DNA of 64,000 bases from Planctomycetota bacterium. Its GTDB lineage: Bacteria > Planctomycetota > JBFWNO01. The position numbers and the translations under genes are program-made. Below the pieces are notes generated by a model. It did not search any database. It was not told the DNA's origin and saw nothing but the letters and a program-made list of their open reading frames with translations. Where the stretch lies: assembly GCA_050251015.1 (NCBI GenBank), contig JBFWNO010000003.1, positions 1,411-65,410 on the forward strand. Direction: 5' to 3'. Numbering within the stretch: position 1 is the stretch's first letter; each line of letters opens with the position of its first letter. Shown here in pieces: positions 44,690 through 52,563 of this stretch.

Positions 44690-45001
44690 ATGAGCAAGAA
44701 ATCCACCAAGTCCGCAAAGAAGCACCAGAAAATGGCCAAGGCTGTGAAAGCCTCGCCGGAGCCCAAGGCCAAGAAGAAATCCAGCGGCCTGGATGCCGCC
44801 GCCAAGATCCTCGCCAGTGCTGATGGCCCCCTGGACTGCAAGTCCATTGTCGAGCTTGCCATCCGCCAAGGCCTGTGGAAGACCGGCGGCAAAACTCCTG
44901 GCGCGACCGTCTACGCCGCCATCATCCGCGAGATCGCCAAGAAGGGCGAAGCGGCGAGGTTCGTCAAGGCCGACAGGGGGAAGTTCACGCTCAGGGCGTA
45001 G
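44690..45001 (+). CDS. stand-alone HARE-HTH protein with lysine-rich N-terminal tail
   Basis: MSKKSTKSAKKHQKMAKAVKASPEPKAKKK tail, then LDAAAKILASADGPLDCKSIVELAIRQGLWKTGGKTPGATVYAAIIREIAKKGEAARFVKADRGKFTL. This matches the HARE-HTH units of the Mrr gene at 25375..26418. Confidence 0.7.
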   Translation: MSKKSTKSAKKHQKMAKAVKASPEPKAKKKSSGLDAAAKILASADGPLDCKSIVELAIRQGLWKTGGKTPGATVYAAIIREIAKKGEAARFVKADRGKFTLRA

Positions 45002-46223
45002 GCGCATCGGCCACCTCCTCTATGTTGCGCTGGGCCTTCTTGCCCGTGAAGGTTTCCCAGCGAGCAATGGCCACATCCACGAATTTCGGCTCGATCTCCA
45101 TGGCAAACACCCGTCTGCCGAGCTTCTCCCCCGCGATGATCTGCGACCCCGATCCCGAGAAGGGCTCGAAGCAGATGTCGCCGCGCTTGGTGTGTTTGCG
45201 CATGGGCCGGGCAAAGAGCTCCACAGGTTTCTGCGTGGGATGCTCGTTGCCCACCACCCGCTTCTGGCCCTCCCAGTCCACCTCCCACACGCTGTTGAAC
45301 TCGTGTGTCCCATCGTGCTCGGGCTTGGAACCCTTCACCCAGCCCATCACGCAGGGCTCGTGCCGGAAGTGCCAGTACACCCTCCCGAACACCGCTGTTG
45401 GCTTCACCCACACCACCTGCTGGTGGTCGAGGATGCCCAGCTCCTCAAAAAGCCGCTGGATCAGCCCCACGCGCTTGTGGGCGTGCCAGACATAGATCGC
45501 CGCGTGGGGTGAGATCGTGTAGAGCATGTTTTCGAACACCGCCCTGAAGAATCCTTCGGCGTCCTTGATGTCGATCTCGTGGTAGGTGTCGGACCAGTCC
45601 TTGCCGGAGTCGTTGGGGCGCTCGCCGGTGTAGTCCACGAGATACGGCGGGTCTGTGCTGACCAGAGCGGCCTTTTGCCCGGCCATCAGCCGCCGCACAT
45701 CCTCGGTCTTCGTGGCATCGCCACATAGGAGCCGGTGCTCACCCAGAATCCACAGGTCCCCCGGCTTGGTAATGGCCTCCTCCGGGGCCTCCGGCACCTC
45801 ATCGGGATTGGTCAGGCCCTCGCTGGCCTCCTCGCCAAAGATGCGGACCAGGTCGTCTGCCGAAAATCCCAAGGACCCCAAGTCCACATCAAGGGCCTTC
45901 AGATCCCCCAGCTCGACCTTGAGCATGTCGAGGTCCCACTCGGCCAATTCCGAGGATTTGTTGTCGGCGAGGCGATAGGCCTTCACCTGGGCCTCGGTGA
46001 GCCCCTCGGCCACATGCACTGGAACCTTGGCAAGCCCGAGCTTCTGGGCGGCCTTCAGGCGGGTGTGGCCGCAGATGACCACGCCCTGGGTGTCGACCAC
46101 GATGGCTTGCCGCCAACCATACTCCCGGATCGATGTGGCCACTGCATCCACGGCGCCCTCGTTGATGCGGGGGTTGCCCGGATATGGCATCACGGATTCG
46201 ATATCGCGTATTTCCACCTTCAT
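44991..46223 (-). CDS. ParB-like nuclease domain - DNA methyltransferase (DPPY, N6A/N4C beta-class) fusion
   Basis: ParB/Srx N-terminus (VMPYPGNPRIN...VVICGHTRLKAAQKLG). LVSTDPPYLVDY catalytic motif. FEPFSGSGSQIIAGEKLGRR SAM motif near the C-terminus. Confidence 0.9.
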   Translation of the reverse strand: MKVEIRDIESVMPYPGNPRINEGAVDAVATSIREYGWRQAIVVDTQGVVICGHTRLKAAQKLGLAKVPVHVAEGLTEAQVKAYRLADNKSSELAEWDLDMLKVELGDLKALDVDLGSLGFSADDLVRIFGEEASEGLTNPDEVPEAPEEAITKPGDLWILGEHRLLCGDATKTEDVRRLMAGQKAALVSTDPPYLVDYTGERPNDSGKDWSDTYHEIDIKDAEGFFRAVFENMLYTISPHAAIYVWHAHKRVGLIQRLFEELGILDHQQVVWVKPTAVFGRVYWHFRHEPCVMGWVKGSKPEHDGTHEFNSVWEVDWEGQKRVVGNEHPTQKPVELFARPMRKHTKRGDICFEPFSGSGSQIIAGEKLGRRVFAMEIEPKFVDVAIARWETFTGKKAQRNIEEVADAPTP

Positions 46224-46329
46224 GCGTCACCTCCTTGGTTTTTCATGGCCGTTGAATGAAACTGTGCCCACATTGGCGAGCGTTCCCCGTGGGGTTTTTT
46301 TACTTTTTGTCACGGGGAGGACCCATGCA

Positions 46330-46548
46330 GGGGTGAAAGCTGACCAGTGTTTGTGCGTTATTGAAATGAAAACGCCACAGTTCACCATTTCTCCTTTCAC
46401 CCCCTCACGCGCGCGCTCACACACACGCGCACACGCACGCAGGGGTGGGGTGAAAAGGTGAAAGGAGAAAGAAGAAAGATATATATATTTCATATATAAG
46501 GACTTACATCGTTTTCATGTTTCACTTCACATTTCGACATTTCACCCC
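46330..46548. repeat. iteron-like GGGGTGAAA / TTTCACCCC repeats with alternating-(CR)n and AT-rich tracts (candidate phage replication origin)
   Basis: GGGGTGAAA at 46330-46338 and 46447-46455 (plus GGTGAAAGG at 46457-46465). Inverted TTTCACCCC at 46395-46403 and 46540-46548. cacgcgcgcgctcacacacacgcgcacacgcacgc at 46406-46440. agatatatatatttcatatata at 46478-46499. Lies at and beyond the 3' end of the primase gene. Confidence 0.5.
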
Positions 46549-48841
46549 CCGCACCTGCCAGCCTATAGATGCGCTTGGTTGAACCTGCTCGTGGAAACAG
46601 CTCCATCACGACTTCCTCCGTCTGCACGAGCGTGTCCATGACAGCTGAAAAATCCCGCGCATCCATCTTCATGCGCTTGAGCAGGACGCTGTGATGGATC
46701 GCCCCTCCTGGAGCGCTCCTGAGCTTCCGCAACACCTTTGCGCTCATTTCCTGGAATGGATTGGTTGCCACCTGGTCTGAAGCCATGAACAGCATCCGCC
46801 GCACCTGGTGCATCACCAGCGCCCGAGCCCACGTGACAGCCTCCATGGAAATCTCGGGCGTTTTGTGGTTCTCGCTGACGGCCCAGATGAGCGCGAGCTT
46901 GCGGATGTGCTCTCCAGCCCTCCCCCACACCGCCGTTCCCACCGCGTCCTTGACGGCCTCAGACCTCTCATACTCAGCATCCGTCTCAAAGCGGATGTCA
47001 TTGAGCAACCCCACAGCCTGTTCCGCATAGGTCACGATCTTGGGCACAGGGTGCCAGTCCTGCATGTTGCCGTCGCCAGGCCTGAACTGCTCCCACCACT
47101 TGGCCGTATTGAGAATGCGCTGGGGGATCTCCTTGATGCGCGGAGCCTGCCCCGGTGGCCGCTTGCCGCCTTCAAACACCAGCATCCGCGCAAACAGGCC
47201 GTTGGTCAGGAGCCGCTCAGAAAGCGCCTCGTAGTAGTGGTTGGGGATCGCCGTGCCAAAGAGGGTCATGCACGGCTGATCAATGGCCCCGGGGTCGGAC
47301 TGCCCGGCGCGACGGCGCATGGAAAAGGCGGAGTTCGATGCCGAGTAGAGGGAGAGCAGGGTGCCCAGGAGGCTCTCATGCCTCGCATCGGGTGCCTTGC
47401 TGATGGATTGCAACAGCCCGTCGATCTCATCGGTTTGAAACAACATGCCAGGAGTCACGCTCATGGCATCCTGCAAGCCCTCACCGGAGGCGAACCTGTC
47501 GCCCAGGCAGTTGAGGAGCCCCACCTGGTGTGCCAACCGCACGTTGATCTTGCGCGGCCAGTCCTTGCCCGAGGCGGAATGAGCGAGGCCCAGGATGTAT
47601 AGATTGGTGCGGTTGTCGCCATCATCGCGCACACGCCTTCCCGCCAGGAACGCCTGCATGGAGAGAGCCCCGCAGAATGCCATGACGGAGTTGGGATACG
47701 GCGCGGTCTCCAGACTGTGGTCCATCAGCTCACCCACAAACCCGGGGACGCGCAGGAGTTCCACCGGGATTGCACCCGGATCTTGGACGTGGGGCTCCTC
47801 CACCTCAGCGGGATCCACCACCTCCACCATGTGGCCAACCTCAAAAGCTCTCAGATCGACGCCATCTGTCGGGCGATCGTTTGCGAAGGCTCGCGCGCTG
47901 GCGATGGTTTTTGAAACATAGTCCTGCCGGAGCGCCTTCTCCAGTTTCTCGCCATGCTTGACGCGTGTGGCAATCAGCAGGTTGGCGATCTCCTGGTCAG
48001 ACCACATGTGGATCGCGGCGATGTTCGCCAGCGACAGGTCGTAGGCGCTTTGCGATTGGTCCCGCAGATCCGGGCGCAGGCGATTCCAGGCCTTGGCAAA
48101 CGCGGGGCTGGCCACCATGAGCTGTGAAAACTTCTCTGCGGGTGGCTGGGCATCGGCGCGCAAGACCATGTCGCCGCTGGCCACAGCCTCAGGCAATACC
48201 TCTGCGGGCACATACGGCTCGAAATCATCGGGGTTGTAACGGCGGTCGGGGTGCTCCTCGATGACCCGCACCTCCACGGGCTCCGGGCCCTTGCGGTTAA
48301 AGGTGCCGGGAGGCCGCAGAACACGCGCGAGGTCACCCAGGTTCTCGATCTTCCAGCCGAAGCCCTCGGCCATGTGGCAAACATGCCCATGCCACCCCTT
48401 GGCAAGCTGTGCCGCCTTCTGGCGCTCCTCCTCGGACTCGAGGATCCAGGGCTCCTTGAAGAGCCAATAGGCGTGCAGGCCGTGGCCGCTGTCGACAAGG
48501 AGGCTGGGTGCGAATGGCAACCGTGCCAGTAGCGCCTTCCCCTCATCCAAACCCCTGGGCAGAGGCTTTCCCTCGCGATGTGGTGCGGCAAAATCAAGAT
48601 CGACCCACAGGCCACCCAAGCATGCGATGTCCGTGGAGGCGTTGCGCCTACCGAAGTTCGATCCGGCGAGGCCCACGCCAAAATAGACGTCCTTCGTCTT
48701 GACCCGCTCAGAAGCCCAGAGCGCCGCAGCTGTAGGTGATGCGAAGTGCCGCGCCTGCCTACCGGGGAGCGTGAAGATCGACAGGCGACGCTCGTCCGCA
48801 ATGGCATCGCCGAAGATGGCTTGGAAAAATCTCTCCATCAT
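46490..48841 (-). CDS. bifunctional primase-polymerase (prim-pol) fused to DUF3987-like P-loop helicase domain
   Basis: Start at MMERFF (ATGA overlap with the upstream stop at 48838-48841). Prim-pol motifs DVYFGVGL, GGLWVDLDF, DSGHGLHAYWLF. P-loop-like GLAHSASGKDW. C-terminal winged-helix-like tail. Confidence 0.8.
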   Translation of the reverse strand: MMERFFQAIFGDAIADERRLSIFTLPGRQARHFASPTAAALWASERVKTKDVYFGVGLAGSNFGRRNASTDIACLGGLWVDLDFAAPHREGKPLPRGLDEGKALLARLPFAPSLLVDSGHGLHAYWLFKEPWILESEEERQKAAQLAKGWHGHVCHMAEGFGWKIENLGDLARVLRPPGTFNRKGPEPVEVRVIEEHPDRRYNPDDFEPYVPAEVLPEAVASGDMVLRADAQPPAEKFSQLMVASPAFAKAWNRLRPDLRDQSQSAYDLSLANIAAIHMWSDQEIANLLIATRVKHGEKLEKALRQDYVSKTIASARAFANDRPTDGVDLRAFEVGHMVEVVDPAEVEEPHVQDPGAIPVELLRVPGFVGELMDHSLETAPYPNSVMAFCGALSMQAFLAGRRVRDDGDNRTNLYILGLAHSASGKDWPRKINVRLAHQVGLLNCLGDRFASGEGLQDAMSVTPGMLFQTDEIDGLLQSISKAPDARHESLLGTLLSLYSASNSAFSMRRRAGQSDPGAIDQPCMTLFGTAIPNHYYEALSERLLTNGLFARMLVFEGGKRPPGQAPRIKEIPQRILNTAKWWEQFRPGDGNMQDWHPVPKIVTYAEQAVGLLNDIRFETDAEYERSEAVKDAVGTAVWGRAGEHIRKLALIWAVSENHKTPEISMEAVTWARALVMHQVRRMLFMASDQVATNPFQEMSAKVLRKLRSAPGGAIHHSVLLKRMKMDARDFSAVMDTLVQTEEVVMELFPRAGSTKRIYRLAGAGGEMSKCEVKHENDVSPYI

Positions 48842-49455
48842 CTCGCACCTGTCTTGCGACCGAAACTTTGTGGATTGACCACAATGCCTCGCTCCAGGCT
48901 CAGCGAAAGAATCAAAAACTCCCCGCAATGAAACTCTAGCGCCCCGGCGATATACCGCAGGCCCCCCGTGCGGCCCTGCACCATCAGCCCCGCCACCGTC
49001 CTGCGTTGGATCTCCACGGGAAACAGGAAGCCATACGAGGGCAACACCACCACGCCGCTGGGCAGGGTGAAACCACATGCAAGGTAATCCGCCACCTGCG
49101 CGAGGCCTGGCGCGATCCTCTCTCCAGAGCGCTTCACCTCCACCACGATCACCCCCTCATGCCATCCGGCCTTGAGCAGCTTCTCACCGGGCAGGAGCAA
49201 AAGATCCGCCCGCACATCCTGAAAATCCTTGAAGTGGTGGAGATACAGGGGCCGCCCAGGGATCTGCCTGTGGACCTCGAAGCAGCCCAGCTGCCCCAGA
49301 AGACCCACCAGCTCCTCCTCCAGCTCGGCCTCTACCGTCCAGTCCCCATAGGTCAGGCTGGGATCCCCCCGGAGCCTCTCCCTGTGAACAATGGGCCCCC
49401 TGGCAGAAATGAGGGGGCCGCAAGACGCGCCCACGACCCCCTCCAGGTTCCCCAT
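48838..49455 (-). CDS. PD-(D/E)xK-type nuclease, putative (resolvase-like)
   Basis: 205 aa. VRADLLLLPGEKL...GVIVVEVKRSGE gives a D...ExK arrangement. Sits in the replication/recombination module. Confidence 0.45.
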   Translation of the reverse strand: MGNLEGVVGASCGPLISARGPIVHRERLRGDPSLTYGDWTVEAELEEELVGLLGQLGCFEVHRQIPGRPLYLHHFKDFQDVRADLLLLPGEKLLKAGWHEGVIVVEVKRSGERIAPGLAQVADYLACGFTLPSGVVVLPSYGFLFPVEIQRRTVAGLMVQGRTGGLRYIAGALEFHCGEFLILSLSLERGIVVNPQSFGRKTGAR

Positions 49456-49457
49456 CT

Positions 49458-49901
49458 CTAGCCCCTCGACCAGGGCGGCACCATCGCCTGCGACTGGGCA
49501 GGTTGACCCACCGCGCTGTAGCGCCGGATCTCGGACACCACCTCACCGGTGTCGCCACGCGTGCGTTGTCTCACCTGCGCCACCAGGGGACGGTTGTGCA
49601 GCTGTGAGCTGTCCGAGGGCGTCAGCACCCCCAGGGCACGGCAGATGGAGGCCAGTTTCCTCTGGGCGAAGGCCACGGCCTTCTCGCTGGGATGCTTGAT
49701 GTTCATGCGGTCCCAGAGCTTGCGGCCCTTGAACTTCCCATCGAGCACATCGAACTCCAGCTCCAGGTACTGCCCATCGAGGTCCTTCGTGGACTTCAAC
49801 GAGGAGTTGACGATTGCCACGGGGTACTCGCCAGGCGGCAGCACATCGTGGTTCTCCAGAGCCTCGTAGTTGTTGGCGTTGAAACCTTTGAGATCGGCCA
49901 T
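49458..49901 (-). CDS. DUF669-like phage single-strand-binding/annealing accessory protein
   Basis: 147 aa. LPPGEYPVAIVNSSLKSTKDLDGQYLELEFDVLDGKFKGRKLWDRMNIKH is typical of the family that follows Sak4-type ATPases. Confidence 0.6.
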   Translation of the reverse strand: MADLKGFNANNYEALENHDVLPPGEYPVAIVNSSLKSTKDLDGQYLELEFDVLDGKFKGRKLWDRMNIKHPSEKAVAFAQRKLASICRALGVLTPSDSSQLHNRPLVAQVRQRTRGDTGEVVSEIRRYSAVGQPAQSQAMVPPWSRG

Positions 49902-49904
49902 GAG

Positions 49905-50675
49905 TTACTCCTTTGCTTTCTTGGTTGTGGGTTGTTCCGATGACTTGAAGAATCTGGCCAGCGCCCCCCACTCCAGGGGAAGCTCCTCAGGAAGGCCCAG
50001 GCGGTTCTTGGCAAGATGGGCCGGACGCTCCCCCGTCCTGAGCACCCTCTCGCCCGAGCCCAGCGCCACGGTGCGCTTGCGGCCGAACCCATCGTCCGAC
50101 TGCTTGGTGAAGACCCTGTGGTTGGCGAAGAGCACCTCGTCGCACCACTCCACGAGCAGGGCGCAGGCCAGGCTGTGCAGACGCGGTGAATACTTGTCAT
50201 AGGCCTCGCCCTCGGGATCCTCGAAGCGCTCGATCTTGGAATGGGCGATGATCACCACCGTCATGGTGCGATCGGAGCGCAGGGCCGACAGGCCATCGAT
50301 GATCTGCTGCCAGTATTTCAGGGAAAACTTGTATCCCTTGCTGAAGCCGATCTCCTCGATGGAGCTGACACCCTTCTCCCGGCAGACCTCGGCCCAGATG
50401 AGCCGCTCCAGCCAGTCCACAGAATCGATCACCACCGTCTTGAAGATATGCTTCTGGGTGTAGAGCTCCCCGAGGGCCGCGATGACATCCCCGAAGCTAC
50501 GCGCCAGGGGAAAGCGGGCACCCTCCAGCGATCCGAGGCCATCCTCGGTTTGAATGACGATGGGCGCCTCGGCACCCAGGGCGAATGTGGACTTGCCCAC
50601 TCCTTGCGGGCCATAAACCATCAGCCTTCTGGGTTGGGCCTTCACTTTGGTTTCGATCTTTTCCATGAGACTCAT
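49905..50675 (-). CDS. Sak4-like RecA-fold AAA ATPase (AAA_24)
   Basis: Walker A LMVYGPQGVGKSTF, Walker B KTVVIDSVDWLE. Size is 256 aa. Position is between the exonuclease and DUF669 genes. Confidence 0.8.
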   Translation of the reverse strand: MSLMEKIETKVKAQPRRLMVYGPQGVGKSTFALGAEAPIVIQTEDGLGSLEGARFPLARSFGDVIAALGELYTQKHIFKTVVIDSVDWLERLIWAEVCREKGVSSIEEIGFSKGYKFSLKYWQQIIDGLSALRSDRTMTVVIIAHSKIERFEDPEGEAYDKYSPRLHSLACALLVEWCDEVLFANHRVFTKQSDDGFGRKRTVALGSGERVLRTGERPAHLAKNRLGLPEELPLEWGALARFFKSSEQPTTKKAKE

Positions 50676-50705
50676 GTTTTCTCCTTGTGGTTGATGGTTA
50701 TTGGT

Positions 50706-51509
50706 TCAGACGATTTCGAATTCCCTGATGCCCTCGAAGCGCGTCGGCCAGAGGTCCCTCTCCTGGCACTGCGCGAACTCCTCCATCGCCTCTTGGTTCT
50801 GGAGGCGCGAGATCGCCAGGAGCTCCTCGGGGATGCGCCAGACACCTGTCCGGAAGGGTGGCTTCTTCTCCACCGCCACAATGTGGACACCGAAACGCAG
50901 CTTGAGCGCGGCCTCCAGGACGACCTGGTAGAAGGCCATCTGGTGGAAGTAGCCGTAGCGCCGGGCGTCACCGGCGAAAAAATCCAAGTTGTCGGCGGTC
51001 TTCAAATCCACAAGCCCGAGCGCGGGGTTGAACCAGTCCATGCGGATCTGGCAGGGAATGCCCAGTACCGGGGCCCTTAGCACCCCCTCCGGGATGCCGG
51101 TCTTGAAAAGCCGCCAGGCCTCAAGATGCCCCTTCACGCTGGCCCACATGGCGCGCACCAGCAGGTCCTGTTCCAGGGTCAGCACGGGTTTCCCTATACT
51201 CGCCGACCAGTCGGCAAAGGCCTTGGTGGCCGCCCCGAAGGGCTCGCCGGTCTTGGGGTTGATAGGGCCCCCGAAGGCGTAGGCCTCCTTATAAGCCTCC
51301 TCCCCCTCCAGGATCAGTTTGTGGGCCGCCCTGCCCAACAGGAACGCAGGCCTGTCCTCATCCACGATGAGCCCGTCCCGCTTGGCCTTAAAAAGGTAGG
51401 GGCTCTTCCTGAAGTCCGCCAAGGCATGGCTGGATAGATGCGTCTTCCGGGCCTCGTGGTAGGCGCTCTCGGGCTCCCGGATGATCTGTGTGGGGATGTT
51501 CATATTCAC
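50706..51509 (-). CDS. PD-(D/E)xK phage exonuclease (RecB/Cas4-like fold)
   Basis: 267 aa. RMDWFNPALGLVDLKTADN and YGYFHQMAFYQ motifs. First gene of the early minus-strand operon. The probable true start is ATG 51503. Confidence 0.65.
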   Translation of the reverse strand: MNMNIPTQIIREPESAYHEARKTHLSSHALADFRKSPYLFKAKRDGLIVDEDRPAFLLGRAAHKLILEGEEAYKEAYAFGGPINPKTGEPFGAATKAFADWSASIGKPVLTLEQDLLVRAMWASVKGHLEAWRLFKTGIPEGVLRAPVLGIPCQIRMDWFNPALGLVDLKTADNLDFFAGDARRYGYFHQMAFYQVVLEAALKLRFGVHIVAVEKKPPFRTGVWRIPEELLAISRLQNQEAMEEFAQCQERDLWPTRFEGIREFEIV

Positions 51510-51538
51510 CTCGTTTCGCGGTTGGTTGGGCCATGGGG

Positions 51539-51575
51539 CCCTACAGTGTTATTTGCCGCTGAGGGGGGTCATTGC
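51539..51575 (-). promoter_or_regulatory. conserved 37-nt phage promoter/operator-like element, copy B (upstream of the replication operon)
   Basis: ccctacagtgttatttgccgctgaggggggtcattgc is 32/37 identical to 39706..39742. It lies about 30 nt upstream of the first start codon of the early minus-strand operon. Confidence 0.55.
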
Positions 51576-51646
51576 GAAGCAAAAAGATGCAAAAAAATGC
51601 GGGCTAAATGCGTGGAAATTCGTTCAAAAACAGGCCTAGCAAAATA

Positions 51647-51697
51647 ATGCGCGCATAAAGCAAAACCGAGCAAAACAATGCACGCATATGCGCGCAT
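51647..51697. promoter_or_regulatory. repeated 10-bp palindromes ATGCGCGCAT (operator candidates) in the divergent control region
   Basis: Perfect ATGCGCGCAT at 51647-51656 and 51688-51697, with the adjacent near copy ATGCACGCAT at 51678-51687. Followed by TCGCATTTATTTGCAT. Located between the divergent early operon and the sigma-like/integrase operon. Confidence 0.5.
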
Positions 51698-51754
51698 CAT
51701 TCGCATTTATTTGCATATTCACCGGTACTGAATTGCTCGGTTTGCTAACCGACC

Positions 51755-52300
51755 TTGGGTGTCATGAAAGGCGACACCATGACACAAGAGAGCACCCAGG
51801 TGGCATCCTGGAAAACAGAGCTGGCTCAGAGGCGGGCCCGCAGGAGAGGATTCAAGGGCACTGAACTCGAAGACGCCCTCCAGGACATTTCCGGATCCCT
51901 CATCGGATTCCAGTTCGACCCCGCGCGCTCCAACGGAGCCAGCGAGTCCACAGCCCTGACAGCCCTCATCGACAAGCAACTGTCCTACTTCAGGAGATGC
52001 CGGGCACGCAGGCGCCGCCGTGAGGATCTCTATATGGAACAACTGGTCCACATCCGGGGACGCGAGCCCCTAGATGAAAACCCCGTCGGTGACTTCGCCC
52101 GGGCGATGGATGTCTGGGACATTGTGAACCGCCTGGACCCCCTAATGCGGCAGCTTTGCCTTGCCCTCTCCCGTGGGGATTCCGTTTTGCAGATTTCCAA
52201 GACCCTGCGCATGTCCCGCTACCATGTGGACCGCCTAATTGAAGAACTGCGCGACCAGTTTCCGGATTGGTCGCTTGACACCGGGCTAGGTGCCGCGTGA
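51755..52300 (+). CDS. sigma-70/ECF-like or LuxR-type HTH regulator
   Basis: 181 aa. C-terminal region-4-like HTH LDPLMRQLCLALSRGDSVLQISKTLRMSRYHVDRLIEELRDQF. First gene of the plus-strand operon ending with the recombinase. Confidence 0.5.
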   Translation: MGVMKGDTMTQESTQVASWKTELAQRRARRRGFKGTELEDALQDISGSLIGFQFDPARSNGASESTALTALIDKQLSYFRRCRARRRRREDLYMEQLVHIRGREPLDENPVGDFARAMDVWDIVNRLDPLMRQLCLALSRGDSVLQISKTLRMSRYHVDRLIEELRDQFPDWSLDTGLGAA

Positions 52301-52563
52301 TCCCCCCCGACACGCCCCGGGAATCCCCAGAAACATCTGGATTCACGCCCGAGAACCTGCCAGCTTCATTAAAGGACCAACCCCCCGTGGGCCGTCCGCT
52401 GGCGCTGGCGTGGATCACTGAGGATCACCTGGATCACACCCGGCGCGTTTGGGGGCGGCTGACGGGACGGGAGGTCCCCGAACAGGAAGCTGTGGACATT
52501 CTGGTGGGAATCCGCGACTTCATTGTGGCGGTGAAATCCGAACTCGAAAGGAGACAATCATGA
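52297..52563 (+). CDS. hypothetical protein (possible recombination directionality factor by position)
   Basis: 88-aa ORF overlapping both neighbours by 4 nt (ATGA/GTGA). Confidence 0.4.
   Translation: MIPPDTPRESPETSGFTPENLPASLKDQPPVGRPLALAWITEDHLDHTRRVWGRLTGREVPEQEAVDILVGIRDFIVAVKSELERRQS

Noticed and set aside
43991-45007. 338-aa minus-strand ORF spanning the three small plus-strand genes
   Set aside because: L/G/R/A-rich low-information sequence with no motif. The plus-strand frames give protein-like sequences, including a clear HARE-HTH domain, so the long ORF is taken as antisense. Confidence in this choice is moderate.
46227-46493. 88-aa minus-strand ORF in the ParB-methylase / primase intergenic region
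   Set aside because: It is composed of the iteron, (CR)n and purine-rich repeats read as protein, with no RBS or motif. The region is better explained as an origin or regulatory region.
46406-46500. Possible CRISPR array or microsatellite locus (cacacacgcgcacacgc, gaaagg repeats, atatatat)
   Set aside because: There is no repeat-spacer periodicity, the units are a few nt long, and no cas genes are in the window.
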